64,000 nt of DNA, taken from Candidatus Hydrogenedentota bacterium (GTDB lineage: Bacteria > Hydrogenedentota > Hydrogenedentia > Hydrogenedentales > SLHB01). The notes below the pieces were generated by a model, which worked only from the letters and a program-made list of their open reading frames with translations, made no database searches and was not told the origin of the DNA. Position numbers and translations under genes: made by a program. How positions within the stretch are numbered: the first letter of the stretch is position 1; every line of letters begins with the position of its first letter. This document shows, one piece after another, positions 1-10,109 of this stretch. The stretch spans positions 53,511 through 117,510 of the forward strand of contig BTVY01000015.1 in the NCBI GenBank assembly GCA_045863335.1, in the 5' to 3' direction.

Positions 1-237
1 TTCATCCATGCTCTGGGGTTTCACGGCCAGCACGAGCGTATCGCAGGCGCGCGCGAGATCTTCCGCGCTTCTAGTCACCCGGAGTCCCATGACTTCCGCG
101 TGAGCGCATTTTTCGGAATCGACGTCGTAGGCGGCAAGGTGCTTTGCCGTGGTCGCCCCGTTTTCCAGCAACCCTCCGGCGATGGCGCGCCCCATATTGC
201 CGAAGCCCAAGAACCCCAGAGTTCCACGAACTGACAC
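1..237 (-). CDS. proC: Pyrroline-5-carboxylate reductase, N-terminal part (runs off the window start)
   Basis: Hand translation from GTG at 237 with an AGGAG RBS gives MSVRGTLGFLGFGNMGRAIAGGLL...DTLVLAVKPQSMDE, with the GxGNMG Rossmann motif and the LAVKPQ motif of ProC. Not in the ORF track. Confidence 0.9.
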   Translation of the reverse strand, partial: MSVRGTLGFLGFGNMGRAIAGGLLENGATTAKHLAAYDVDSEKCAHAEVMGLRVTRSAEDLARACDTLVLAVKPQSMDE

Positions 238-267
238 GAACCCTACTCCTTTCGCGTATCCGGCGCG

Positions 268-756
268 CTAGCGGCTCCGGTTCTCAAGTTCCAGAATCAT
301 TGCGACGGACTCGCAGTGGAGAAATCGATGGCACTGAATGCAATCACGCTCGACCTTGTGCGGAAGTTCGTACCGGTCAATCTCGCGGAACCTGTGCCGC
401 TCGAAGAAGCGGGCGTTCCGGCTGAGCGCGTAGACGCGGGAAGCGCCTTGACGGCGCGCGTCTTCCACGCACGCGTTCAGGAGATGAGCGCCTACGTGTT
501 TGCCCCGCAAATCCTCGCGAACCACCAGGGACCAGACTTCGGCAAGGTCTGGGGAATCGAGGCGCACTGCGCAACAGCCCCCGACGCCGAGCTCGTCCAC
601 GTATACGAAGAACTGGGACAAGTTGTCATGCAGCTCCTGATGCGTTCGAGGCAACAGCAGCCCCTCCGCTACGGCGCGGTCGATTAGAACCTTCATCCCC
701 GGAACTTCCGAGGCGAGGGGTCTCCGAACGTTATCTAAACCTAGCGCGTCTGCCAT
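268..756 (-). CDS. GNAT N-acetyltransferase, short ArgA-like amino-acid acetyltransferase
   Basis: LLPR..., AEVWSLVV...RGKHVG acetyl-CoA motif, and C-terminal LPHK..DC..C..F..C..AM typical of short ArgA-type GNATs. Confidence 0.8.
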   Translation of the reverse strand: MADALGLDNVRRPLASEVPGMKVLIDRAVAEGLLLPRTHQELHDNLSQFFVYVDELGVGGCCAVRLDSPDLAEVWSLVVREDLRGKHVGAHLLNACVEDARRQGASRVYALSRNARFFERHRFREIDRYELPHKVERDCIQCHRFLHCESVAMILELENRSR

Positions 757-1072
757 TTCTCCGTCGTAGCCAAGTGGATAATTCGAGAGTACACTCGTGA
801 AACACCCGCTTCACAACGCGTGCAGCCTGGGAGTTTGCGGTAGTGTACCACAGGCCGTGAGTCCATTCGACCAGCAGCACGGAATACGCCGGACGAGCGT
901 TCTGCGGCGATGCGCAACTTTGAATCCGCGAGTTGGTCTAGCCAATAATCCGCGCGAGGCAGGTCCAAAGCTTGTTGCGGGTGTCTGGGCGGATTCTCTC
1001 CGCTTTGCTCGAGATTTCGTGCCCGGCCGAGCCAGATAAGGGAAACGTGTCCGTTTCGGGAGTGTGAAGCCC

Positions 1073-2722
1073 ATGACTGGCCAAGCATCGACGACAGATC
1101 AATCCGCGCGGCCCCATACCTGGCGGGTGGATGCCGGACTGCTCGTCATCGCCCTGATCGTGGCAACGGCCCTGCGCCTCCACAAATTGGATGCCGGGCT
1201 CTGGCTCGACGAGGTGCTGACCTACCAAGGGGCCAACCAGTCCCTGGGCGAGGCCTACCTGCACCGCACGCAATTCCTGTACTACGTGCTCGCCCATTTC
1301 GCGCTTCAAGTTCGCGACACCGAGGTGATGCTTCGCCTGCCCAGCGTTCTGGCCGGGCTTGCGGGTGTCGTCGCTCTATACGGGCTCACGCGCAAGGCCT
1401 GGGGAACTGCGGCGGCCTTTCTGGCGGCCATGTTGCTGGCCATCTCGCCATACCATATCGACAAGAGTCAGGAAGCGCGCTTCTACGCTTTTGTGATACT
1501 CGCGAACATCCTGATGGTCTGGAGCATGTGGAACGCCTTGGCGACCGGCCGCGCGAGGCATTGGATCGTCTTCGTCTTGGCCGCGAATCTGGGGGTCGCC
1601 TCGCAGTTTACCGTGATTCCGTATGTGGCGGCGCTGGGGGTGGCAGGCGGTTGCTGGTTGCTCGTCTTCGCAAACGGACTGCCCTGGCGCGATCGCTCCC
1701 GGCGAGCGCTTCACCTCGGATTGGCTTGCGCGGCCGCGTCGCTGAGTGTATTCACCAGTATCCTCGCGCGCGGGACGTTTCCGTTCCTGCTCGCGCGAGG
1801 CACGCAGACCGACACCACCTCCGCAGAGACGCTTGCCTATGTAAACGCGTACCGACTGAGCCCCGGAGAGTATCTGGAGTTTCTTCATTCCTACGTGCCG
1901 CGCTATTGGACGCCGATGGGTTACCTCTTTCTTGCGCTGATCGCCTTGGGCGCCGTGGTGCTGGCAAAGCGCACGCCGGTACTGGCGTTCCTGATGGCCG
2001 CACAAGTAGTCCTCGTTCCGATACCGTTGTTTCTGGTAAACGTACATCACTGGTACCATGAGCGATACTTCAGTTGCGTGTATCCGTTTGTTCCCCTGCT
2101 GCTCGCAGTCGCCAGCGTCTTCTTGGCAGACCGTTTCGCGCAAATCGTCCTGCGTGTTGCGAGTCCCAAACTGCGGATTTCAACGTCTTTTCCGGTCGTC
2201 GCGCGCGCATCGATCGTTCTGCTGTTTCTCGCAGCCTACATGAAAATCTCCTACGGTCTGCTCCTGTATCACTACACGGAGGGTAGAGCCCATGACTGGC
2301 GGGCGGTGGTGGAGTTCCTGGCGCCGCGCCTGGCGGACGGGGATACCATTGCGGTCGCGGGCCCCGCAACCTATGCGACGCAGCACCTCCCAAAGGATCG
2401 GCAGGTATTTCCCGAATCACACGCCGCGTTGGAGTATTACCTTGAGCGGACACTTCCGAAGGGCAAATCGAAAACTGTGCATATTGTCGGCGCCGGCTCG
2501 AGTAATCAGATCGAGGAACTGCGCTCCGGGAATCATTCGGGGCGGCTATATCTCGTTATCGAATCGTGCCGTGAGCCGGAACGCGCGCCTCACAGCGATC
2601 TGGCGAAACTTCCCACGCGTGACCTGTTCCAGACCAATGGTCTCGATGTGTTTCAGGTGGATCTGTCCTCCGTCCACGGTCGCGAGTGCGCGCATGTTCC
2701 CTCGCCGGCCCCTGCGCAGTAG
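1073..2722 (+). CDS. GT-C membrane glycosyltransferase (GT39/PMT_2-like)
   Basis: LWLDE motif after TM1, LRLPSVLAG, SQEARFYA, many TM helices. Start could be 1064. Confidence 0.8.
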   Translation: MTGQASTTDQSARPHTWRVDAGLLVIALIVATALRLHKLDAGLWLDEVLTYQGANQSLGEAYLHRTQFLYYVLAHFALQVRDTEVMLRLPSVLAGLAGVVALYGLTRKAWGTAAAFLAAMLLAISPYHIDKSQEARFYAFVILANILMVWSMWNALATGRARHWIVFVLAANLGVASQFTVIPYVAALGVAGGCWLLVFANGLPWRDRSRRALHLGLACAAASLSVFTSILARGTFPFLLARGTQTDTTSAETLAYVNAYRLSPGEYLEFLHSYVPRYWTPMGYLFLALIALGAVVLAKRTPVLAFLMAAQVVLVPIPLFLVNVHHWYHERYFSCVYPFVPLLLAVASVFLADRFAQIVLRVASPKLRISTSFPVVARASIVLLFLAAYMKISYGLLLYHYTEGRAHDWRAVVEFLAPRLADGDTIAVAGPATYATQHLPKDRQVFPESHAALEYYLERTLPKGKSKTVHIVGAGSSNQIEELRSGNHSGRLYLVIESCREPERAPHSDLAKLPTRDLFQTNGLDVFQVDLSSVHGRECAHVPSPAPAQ

Positions 2723-2807
2723 CGTAGAAGAACGACGACAGTTGTTCCCATGCGCGCCTCGCGTTACGATTCCAGTTTGAGAGGGAATAGTCACAATGGA
2801 CGACGAT

Positions 2808-2922
2808 AAGGAGCATGGGCGTCCCGCCCGTGAACCGGTAGACTCAAGAAACGCCAACGGCAAAGACGTGCCCAGCTCTGAAGAAATCGTAGAGCTACAC
2901 GGGCGGGACGTCCATGCTCCTT
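2808..2922. repeat. REP-like inverted doublet (GGAGCATGGGCGTCCCGCCCGTG family)
   Basis: AAGGAGCATGGGCGTCCCGCCCGTG at 2808-2832 and CACGGGCGGGACGTCCATGCTCCTT at 2898-2922 are inverted copies with one mismatch, in an intergenic gap. Confidence 0.8.
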
Positions 2923-2984
2923 GGACGGCTGGGCTTACCGTAACCCGTGTGCAGTAGAGGCGCCGGCTTTGGTACGCTGGGATT

Positions 2985-5051
2985 ATGCTTATCAATTCTG
3001 CAAGACGATTCACAAACCGTGGCGCTTCCCTGACGTGCGGGTTCGCACTGATGACATTGACCGGATTGGCGTTCGGCGAACCGACGCCGCGCCCCCACAT
3101 GTTTGTCAGCGCCGACCCCGCGCCGGGGCTTCGGACCCTGGACGAAGTGCGGGAAGGCATCCGCGAAGGGCACGCCGCGCGCCTGTGGGCAATGTTGCTC
3201 GAGAAAGTCGAGCGCGAGATGTTGGAAGAGGCTTGGACACCCGCGTCCGCATTGCCCGGCAGAAGCGAAGTCCAGATCAAACACGAGAATCGCGATTTCA
3301 CCATCGTCGCCATGACGGCGAATCGGATTCTCGATGCGTCTCTCGCTTCGCTCATCACGGGAGACCGGCGCTATACCGACGCGGCGCTGAAGCAACTCGA
3401 CGCGCTGTTCGACCCGGAGCGGTGGCCAGACTGGGAGGACAAGGCCCACATCGAAGTGGGGCGTATCGCCGATTTGCGGCACGGGCAACTCGCGTTCGCA
3501 GTGGGCGTGTCCTACGACTGGCTCTACACGGCCCTGAAGCCTGAGGAACGGCAGCGTATCGTGGAAGGACTCGACCGTTGCGCTATTCAGCGATTCAAAG
3601 CGGCCGTGGAGGCCAACGAAAATTGGACCCGCAATCGAACCAACTGGATGACGGTCATCGTGGGCGGATTCGGGATCGCGGGCATGGCGTTGGCAGAGGA
3701 TCATCGCGATAGTGAATTCATGGTCGAGTTCGCCCGGCCGCGCATGGAAAGCTATCTTGAAGTGCTCGGAGCAGAGGGCGAGTTCAACGAGAGCGTGCAG
3801 TACGCGGGGTCCATGCTGTTTCTCGTGCGCTACTTCACGGCGGTGCGTTACGCCAGCGGCGGCCGCGACAATCCATTTGAACGCCATTCCCTGGCAGCGT
3901 TTTGCCGCTGGTATCAATACATGACCATTCCGCCGGGGCGGGTCGCGGGATTCGGCGATCCCGGCGCTGCCATGCCGCCCGTGGTGAATTACATGAGCGC
4001 CGTTGCCGCAGCCACACAGGACCCGATGCTGCAATGGTTCTACCTGCAGTATTGCGACATCATGTCGGAAACGCACCGCGATCTTGCCATGGAACTGCTG
4101 TATTTCGACGCGAGCCTCAAGGCCGTGTCTCCCGAAGGACGCCTGCCGCTGGGCAGGGCCTACCACGACGAAGGCAAGCTCATCAGCAGCCGAAGCAGTT
4201 GGGACCCCCAATCCACCACGTCCGTGGTGTATGCGAAGGCCGACCGCGAAAGTACGCACAACCACGCGGACTGGGGCCAGGTGTGTATCGATGGGTACGG
4301 CGAAAGGCTGGTGGTCGATCTTGGGGCACCACCGGGCTACCCCAAGAGTCACAAGGAGCGGTTCTACAACTACCAGCAATGGGGTCACAACATTTTCGTC
4401 TTCGGCATGAACGAGACCGGCGGCGTGCCGTGGCAGGAACAGAAGCGCGAGGGGGTCATTCTGTGGGCCGAGTTTGACGACGCGCGCGGCGGCGCATGGG
4501 CGATGGACCTGACGGCCGTTTACGACGAGGCAGAATCGGTAACCCGGACCGTGGTTCATTTGTTGCCTCGAATTGCGGTCGTCGTGGACGATGCGTCGCT
4601 ACAAGTAAAATCGCCGATCAACATGCGCTGGCATCTTGCGGAATCCACAGAGCCTGACGAAGCGGGCCGTTTCCGAATCGCGACCGACGATGCGGCGCTG
4701 GCAGGACTCGTGTCTCGCGTGGATGGACCCGCCGAGGTAGGTACGGGACGCCACGCCTATGAGGAGCCGTACAGCCGCGACCGGATGGGCGAACCGTATC
4801 CGCAGCAGCACGAACCATTCGTAGAAATCAAGACGGAGGACACGGCGTGCCGAGTCGTGTCCTTGTTCTGCATTCAAGAGCTGGATGGCTCGGCGCAGTC
4901 GTGGACGATGCATGAGGGCGGCTGGGCGATTGAAACGCCCGAGGGCCTCGTGCGCGTAACGATAGATGACGATCTCTTGCGCGTGGAATTCGCGGATTCA
5001 GAGAAGGGCTGGTCCGTTCCTGTCGGCCGGCGAGATGACGGCACGCCATGA
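2985..5051 (+). CDS. Secreted heparinase II/III-like polysaccharide lyase
   Basis: Signal peptide, alpha-toroid motifs (YDWLY, NW, E...Y), and HNHADWG...LVVDLG and HN motifs of the Hepar_II_III domain. Confidence 0.75.
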   Translation: MLINSARRFTNRGASLTCGFALMTLTGLAFGEPTPRPHMFVSADPAPGLRTLDEVREGIREGHAARLWAMLLEKVEREMLEEAWTPASALPGRSEVQIKHENRDFTIVAMTANRILDASLASLITGDRRYTDAALKQLDALFDPERWPDWEDKAHIEVGRIADLRHGQLAFAVGVSYDWLYTALKPEERQRIVEGLDRCAIQRFKAAVEANENWTRNRTNWMTVIVGGFGIAGMALAEDHRDSEFMVEFARPRMESYLEVLGAEGEFNESVQYAGSMLFLVRYFTAVRYASGGRDNPFERHSLAAFCRWYQYMTIPPGRVAGFGDPGAAMPPVVNYMSAVAAATQDPMLQWFYLQYCDIMSETHRDLAMELLYFDASLKAVSPEGRLPLGRAYHDEGKLISSRSSWDPQSTTSVVYAKADRESTHNHADWGQVCIDGYGERLVVDLGAPPGYPKSHKERFYNYQQWGHNIFVFGMNETGGVPWQEQKREGVILWAEFDDARGGAWAMDLTAVYDEAESVTRTVVHLLPRIAVVVDDASLQVKSPINMRWHLAESTEPDEAGRFRIATDDAALAGLVSRVDGPAEVGTGRHAYEEPYSRDRMGEPYPQQHEPFVEIKTEDTACRVVSLFCIQELDGSAQSWTMHEGGWAIETPEGLVRVTIDDDLLRVEFADSEKGWSVPVGRRDDGTP

Positions 5052-6040
5052 ACGGTATGCGCGCAGTACCATGGATCCTCTCGTTCGCGATGCTGACGGC
5101 GTCCGCGTTCGGCGACCGCATCGCCGAGGCGCGCCTGTCGTCAGATAAGCAGGAGCACGATCCTGTTTTCATCTACGAGCGGGTCTCGGGATCGTTCTTC
5201 GTGGAGAACATCGGCGCCGATCCGTTCCGTATCGCCAATGTTAAGTCCACCTGCGCCTGTACGACCGCAATCCGCACGAAGGGAACTGTCGCCCCTGGGG
5301 AACGGGCGGAGATCCAGTACGAGATGGAGTCCGCCGCGCCCTTGCGGCGCTCGGTCAGTATCTTCGTCGAGACCAATCCGCCTCTAGAAGAGCCGCTCCG
5401 CTTCATCGCCTCCGGGACCTGGAAACCAGTAATCGAAATGGACGAACCTCTACTGACGATTCACGCGCACTTCGGTGACGCATTTTCACACACGGTGCCG
5501 CTGCAGGCCGCGGAAGGGGTGGGCGCGCTCCGCATTCTCGACGCCACCACGCGCCAGGATTGGGTGGATCTGGATCTCGCGCGCGCTGGTGATACCTCGC
5601 TTCCGGAATTGGTCATTCGTTCCAGGGGGCCAATCCAGCCGGGGAGTCATAAGCTGGGCGTCGATGTGAGCTTCGAGGCAAACGTGGCCGGCAAACAGAG
5701 CCTGAGGTTCAACGTCGAAGTTCAGTCCGATTTCTCGGTCAATCCCACCCCACTGACCATTCAACTGAATCCGGAGTCACTGCAAACGACGGTGGAGTTC
5801 GTGGTCCGGAGCAAGCGCGGTGAGCGGTTTGTGATTCAGGGGATTCAGGCCGAACGGATCGAAATTGCCGCGTCGGACTTCCCGAAAATGCCGAGCGCTT
5901 CCCATCGCGTGCAGGTTACCATTCACCCGGCGGACGGGCCCGTTCCGCGGCGGGGTCGTCTTCTAATCGATCTCGGCGAGAACCGGGGAATTCTTCCCGT
6001 CGAAGTCTACTTGTTGCGGCCAAGCGCCCCAACGCGGTAA
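5048..6040 (+). CDS. DUF1573 domain secreted protein (Ig-like repeats)
   Basis: F.VENIG..P..I..VKSTCACT...PGE motif; ATGA overlap with the upstream gene. Confidence 0.75.
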   Translation: MNGMRAVPWILSFAMLTASAFGDRIAEARLSSDKQEHDPVFIYERVSGSFFVENIGADPFRIANVKSTCACTTAIRTKGTVAPGERAEIQYEMESAAPLRRSVSIFVETNPPLEEPLRFIASGTWKPVIEMDEPLLTIHAHFGDAFSHTVPLQAAEGVGALRILDATTRQDWVDLDLARAGDTSLPELVIRSRGPIQPGSHKLGVDVSFEANVAGKQSLRFNVEVQSDFSVNPTPLTIQLNPESLQTTVEFVVRSKRGERFVIQGIQAERIEIAASDFPKMPSASHRVQVTIHPADGPVPRRGRLLIDLGENRGILPVEVYLLRPSAPTR

Positions 6041-6164
6041 CACTCGCGGGGGGTAGCGCCTTTGGGCATTCCCGGGCCTCATCTGGTATCATTACGCCCT
6101 GCTATTTGCGCGCATCCCGATGCGCCGGGGTTTCGCGGAGTATCCGCAAGGAGTTACGGGGACT

Positions 6165-7835
6165 ATGGCACGAAAATACGTTATCGGGCTGGATTACGGA
6201 ACGGAGTCGGGCCGGGCTTTGCTGGTCGCGGTGGACAATGGCGAGGAGGTCGCGACCGCCGTGGAACCCTACCGCGACGGCGTAATCGATGATACCCTTC
6301 CCGGCACCGGCGAAAAGCTTCCACCCGACTGGGCCCTACAGAACCCCCGCGACTATCTCCACGTGCTCGAAACGGTCGTACCCAAGGTGTTGAAGGAGTC
6401 CGGTGTCAGCGGCGACGACGTTATTGGAATCGGCACCGATTTTACGGCTTGTACGATGCTGCCGATCGATGCGAAGGGCACGCCCCTTTGCATGAAGCCG
6501 GAGTTCGAAAAGAACCCCCACGCGTGGGTCAAGCTGTGGAAGCATCACGGCGCGCAGCCCGAGGCGGACCGGATCAACGAGCTTGCGGAAAAACGCGGTG
6601 AGGATTTCCTCGCGCGTTACGGCGGGAAGATTTCGAGCGAATGGTTTTTTCCCAAGGCGCTGCAGATTCTTGACGAAGCGCCGGAGATTTACGAGGTGGC
6701 GGACAAGCTCATCGAGGCGGGCGACTGGCTCGTGCTGCAATTGTGCGGCGAGGAAAAGCGCAACGCCTGCGCCGCAGGATACAAGGCCATCTGGGACGAG
6801 GGGTACCTGAGCCCGGACTTCTTCAAAGCCCTCGATCCGCGGTTCGAAAACGTTGTCAAAGACAAGATGAGTGAAGCCATCTATCCCGTGGGCGTGCGCG
6901 CGGGTGGACTGCTGCCGGAAATGGCACAGAAGCTCGGCCTGAAGGAAGGCACCGCTGTGGCCACGGGCGGTATCGATGCGCACGTTGCCGTACCGGCAAC
7001 CGCCGCCACGGAAGCGGGTCAGATGGTCATGATCATGGGCACCAGTTTGTGCCACATGGTCTGCGGCACGGAGAAGAAGGTCGTCGAGGGGATGTGCGGC
7101 GTCGTCAAAGAAGGCATCCTTCCCGGGTACTACGGCTTTGAAGCAGGACAGACCGCCGTTGGCGACATCTTCGCGTGGTTCGTGAACAACTGCGTTCCCG
7201 CGTCGGTGGCGGAAGCCGCCGCGAAAGCCGGTACGGATATCCATGGGTACCTCGCGCAGGAAGCGCAGAAGCTGAAGCCCGGCGAATCGGGCGTGCTGTG
7301 TCTCGATTGGTGGAACGGCAACCGTTCCATCCTCGTGGACGCGGACCTTTCCGGATTGATGATCGGCATGACCCTTACCACCACACCGGCCGAGATGTAC
7401 CGCGCTGTGCTGGAAAGCACCGCGTTTGGGACGTACACGATCATCCGGCAACTGGAGAACGGCGGCGTGCCCATCTCCGAGCTATACGCCTGCGGCGGTC
7501 TTCCGGGCAAGAACCCCTTGCTGATGCAGATCTTCGCGGATGTCACAAACCGAGAAATCAAGATCAGCGCCAGCGATCAGACGGTGGCCTTGGGCTCGGC
7601 CATGTGGGGTGCAGTCGCGGCCGGTTCTGCCGCGGGCGGCTACGACGACGTCACCGAGGCTGCGAAGAAGATGGCGCGGCTGCGGGACACCGTCTACCGG
7701 CCCGATGCGGATGCCCACGCCGCATACGAGAAGCTGTACGCGGTCTACCTCCGGTTGCATGACCTCTTTGGGCGGGGAGGGGACCGGGCCATGAAAGAGT
7801 TAAAATCGTTGAAAGCCGTCGCACGCGGCCAATAG
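6165..7835 (+). CDS. araB: Ribulokinase (FGGY family)
   Basis: IGLDYGTESGRA, DFTACT, KLWKHH, YGGKISSEW, CAAGYKA and DWWNGNRS are AraB signatures. Confidence 0.92.
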   Translation: MARKYVIGLDYGTESGRALLVAVDNGEEVATAVEPYRDGVIDDTLPGTGEKLPPDWALQNPRDYLHVLETVVPKVLKESGVSGDDVIGIGTDFTACTMLPIDAKGTPLCMKPEFEKNPHAWVKLWKHHGAQPEADRINELAEKRGEDFLARYGGKISSEWFFPKALQILDEAPEIYEVADKLIEAGDWLVLQLCGEEKRNACAAGYKAIWDEGYLSPDFFKALDPRFENVVKDKMSEAIYPVGVRAGGLLPEMAQKLGLKEGTAVATGGIDAHVAVPATAATEAGQMVMIMGTSLCHMVCGTEKKVVEGMCGVVKEGILPGYYGFEAGQTAVGDIFAWFVNNCVPASVAEAAAKAGTDIHGYLAQEAQKLKPGESGVLCLDWWNGNRSILVDADLSGLMIGMTLTTTPAEMYRAVLESTAFGTYTIIRQLENGGVPISELYACGGLPGKNPLLMQIFADVTNREIKISASDQTVALGSAMWGAVAAGSAAGGYDDVTEAAKKMARLRDTVYRPDADAHAAYEKLYAVYLRLHDLFGRGGDRAMKELKSLKAVARGQ

Positions 7836-7871
7836 ACTTATGGATGTAGCTTGGAAACGCTGGAGCCGATC

Positions 7872-8276
7872 ATGACGATTGAATGGAACGAGGAACGGTT
7901 TGCAACGGGCATCGAGGAAATCGACGAGCAGCACAAGGAATTGTTCCGGCAGATCAATCGTTTGACGGACTCGCTGGAGCGCAATCCCAACGGCAAGGCC
8001 GAAGCCGGGAACTTCTTGTACTTTCTGGAAGATTATGTCAAAACGCACTTCGGCTGCGAAGAAGGGATCATGGAGCGGACCCATTGCGCGGCCTGCCCGC
8101 GCAACGCAAAGGAACACGGACATTTTCTGAAGGCCTTTCAGGAGATTCGCCACACCTTCGATCGCGAGGGTATCAGCCCGAGCTTCGTCCAGCGGATCCA
8201 CAAGGAAGTGGTGGATTGGATCCAGGGGCACATCGCCAACGTCGATGTCGAACTTCGTACGGTCGCCACGCAATAA
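7872..8276 (+). CDS. Bacteriohemerythrin-family protein
   Basis: W...TGI..IDEQHKELF, HF..EE..M, W...HI...D. Confidence 0.85.
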   Translation: MTIEWNEERFATGIEEIDEQHKELFRQINRLTDSLERNPNGKAEAGNFLYFLEDYVKTHFGCEEGIMERTHCAACPRNAKEHGHFLKAFQEIRHTFDREGISPSFVQRIHKEVVDWIQGHIANVDVELRTVATQ

Positions 8277-8322
8277 CGCTTTTCCGCAGTCCACAGCCTA
8301 CCCCTAGACCATGGAGCATAGC

Positions 8323-9381
8323 ATGCGCAAAGAGTCCCTCAATTTTCTCAAACAATTGCTATCGACGCCCAGTCCTTCCGGATTTGAGGAGAAGATCCAG
8401 CAAGTCTGCAAGTCCTACGCGAAGCCGTACGTGGACAAGATTTACAAGGACGTTCACGGAAATCAGTACCACGTGAAGAATCCCGATGCGGAATTGCGCG
8501 TTATGCTGGCCGGTCACGTGGACGAAATCGCGCTCATGGTGAACCACATCGACGACAAGGGGTTCCTGGGATTCCAGGCCATCGGCGGAATTGACGCTTC
8601 GGTGCTGGACGGACAGCGCGTGCAAGTACACCATGAAAAAGGTTCGGTGCCGGGTGTGATTGGCCGGCGGGCAATTCACCTTACGGACCCGGAAGACCGT
8701 GGCAAGCCGCTTCCGATTCATCAACTCTGGATCGACATTGGCGCGCGGGACAAGAAGGAAGCGCAGCGCATCGTGTCCATCGGCGATCCGGCCACGATCG
8801 ATGTGGGCTTCCAGGAATTACGCAACGATCGCGTGGTCGCCCGCGCGCTGGATGACCGCATTGGCGCCTTTGTGATTCTCGAAACCATGCGGCTCCTGAA
8901 GAATCGCAAAGTCAACTGCGCGGTCTTCTGCGTGACGACCGTGCAAGAGGAAGTGGGATTGCGCGGCGCCACCACCAGCGCGTACGGGTGCAACCCACAC
9001 GCGGGCATCGCTGTGGACGTCGCGCACGCCACCGATCATCCGAATTGCGACAGCAAGCGGTTTGGCGCGTTTTCCCTGGGCGGCGGCCCAATTCTGAACC
9101 GCGGACCCAACATCAACCCGGTCGTGGCGAAGGGCCTCATCGACACCGCCAAGAAGAAGAAGATCCCGTATCAGATGGAAGCGGCGCCGCGCGGCACGGG
9201 CACCGACGCCAACGCAATGCAATTAAGCCGGGGCGGCGTGGCTACGGGTCTCATTGGCGTGCCGAATCGTTACATGCACTCGCCGGTAGAAATGGTCTCC
9301 CTCAAGGACGTGGAGCATTGCTCGGAACTGCTGGCCGAGTGGATCTGCACGCTCAAGCCGAAGCACAACTTCATTCCATGA
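8323..9381 (+). CDS. M42 family metallopeptidase
   Basis: PSGFE, GHVDEI, ALDDRIG, QEEVGLRGA, VDV, RYMHSP. Confidence 0.92.
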   Translation: MRKESLNFLKQLLSTPSPSGFEEKIQQVCKSYAKPYVDKIYKDVHGNQYHVKNPDAELRVMLAGHVDEIALMVNHIDDKGFLGFQAIGGIDASVLDGQRVQVHHEKGSVPGVIGRRAIHLTDPEDRGKPLPIHQLWIDIGARDKKEAQRIVSIGDPATIDVGFQELRNDRVVARALDDRIGAFVILETMRLLKNRKVNCAVFCVTTVQEEVGLRGATTSAYGCNPHAGIAVDVAHATDHPNCDSKRFGAFSLGGGPILNRGPNINPVVAKGLIDTAKKKKIPYQMEAAPRGTGTDANAMQLSRGGVATGLIGVPNRYMHSPVEMVSLKDVEHCSELLAEWICTLKPKHNFIP

Positions 9382-10109
9382 ACGACGCGGTTCGGGTAAT
9401 CGTCGAAGAAGACTACGACGACATGAGCCGTCGTGGCGCGACGGTCGTTACGGAGCACCTCCGGGGAAACCCGTCGGCCCTGCTATGCGCGGCGAGTGGG
9501 AGTTCGCCCCTGGGCCTGTACGCAGAACTCGCGAAAGTGTGCGCCGGCGATCCCCAGTTGTTTTCCGCGTTGCGCGTCATCAAGCTTGACGAATGGGGGC
9601 CGCTTACCGTAGACGACCCCGCGTCTTGCGAGTTCTACGTACGAACCAAAGTCTGCGAACCCCTTGGTGTGGATGGCGGACGCTACATCACTTTTCGCGG
9701 CGATGCGTCCGATCCCGAGGCCGAATGCGCGGCCTTCGCGAGCGCGTTGCAGTCTGCCGGACCAATCGACATCTGCATCCTCGGAATGGGTGTGAACGGC
9801 CATGTCGGGATGAACGAGCCGGCAGACTGGCTTCATGAAACCGCGCATGTTGCGGTGTTGGCGAAGGAATCCCAAGGGCACGGCATGCTCGCGAACGCCC
9901 TCAGGCAACCCACGTACGGAATGACGCTTGGCATGGGCGATATTTTGCGATCGAGGCTCGTCTTGCTTCTGGTCAGCGGCGTGAAGAAGCGTGAGGCAAT
10001 GGCTGAGTTCATGAGTCGCCGCATCTCAACGCGCTTCCCTGCGTCCCTCTTGTGGACGCACCCCAACGCTATCGTCATTGCCGATCGGCGAGCAATGCCG
10101 GTTTCCTGA
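9378..10109 (+). CDS. Glucosamine/galactosamine-6-phosphate isomerase (NagB/AgaI-like)
   Basis: ASGSSP, KLDEW, LGMGVNGHVGMNEP, PASLL; ATG at 9378 overlaps the upstream stop (ATGA). Confidence 0.85.
   Translation: MNDAVRVIVEEDYDDMSRRGATVVTEHLRGNPSALLCAASGSSPLGLYAELAKVCAGDPQLFSALRVIKLDEWGPLTVDDPASCEFYVRTKVCEPLGVDGGRYITFRGDASDPEAECAAFASALQSAGPIDICILGMGVNGHVGMNEPADWLHETAHVAVLAKESQGHGMLANALRQPTYGMTLGMGDILRSRLVLLLVSGVKKREAMAEFMSRRISTRFPASLLWTHPNAIVIADRRAMPVS

Noticed and set aside
757-1063. Possible ncRNA/riboswitch in the divergent intergenic region
   Set aside because: No recognisable conserved motif or strong structure by eye; an Rfam/Infernal scan would be needed
2895-4559. 554-aa minus-strand ORF
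   Set aside because: Antisense shadow of the heparinase-like gene; no motifs; typical high-GC artefact
8988-9377. Long N-terminal extension of the NagB-like ORF
   Set aside because: Overlaps the M42 gene in another frame; the real start is the coupled ATG at 9378
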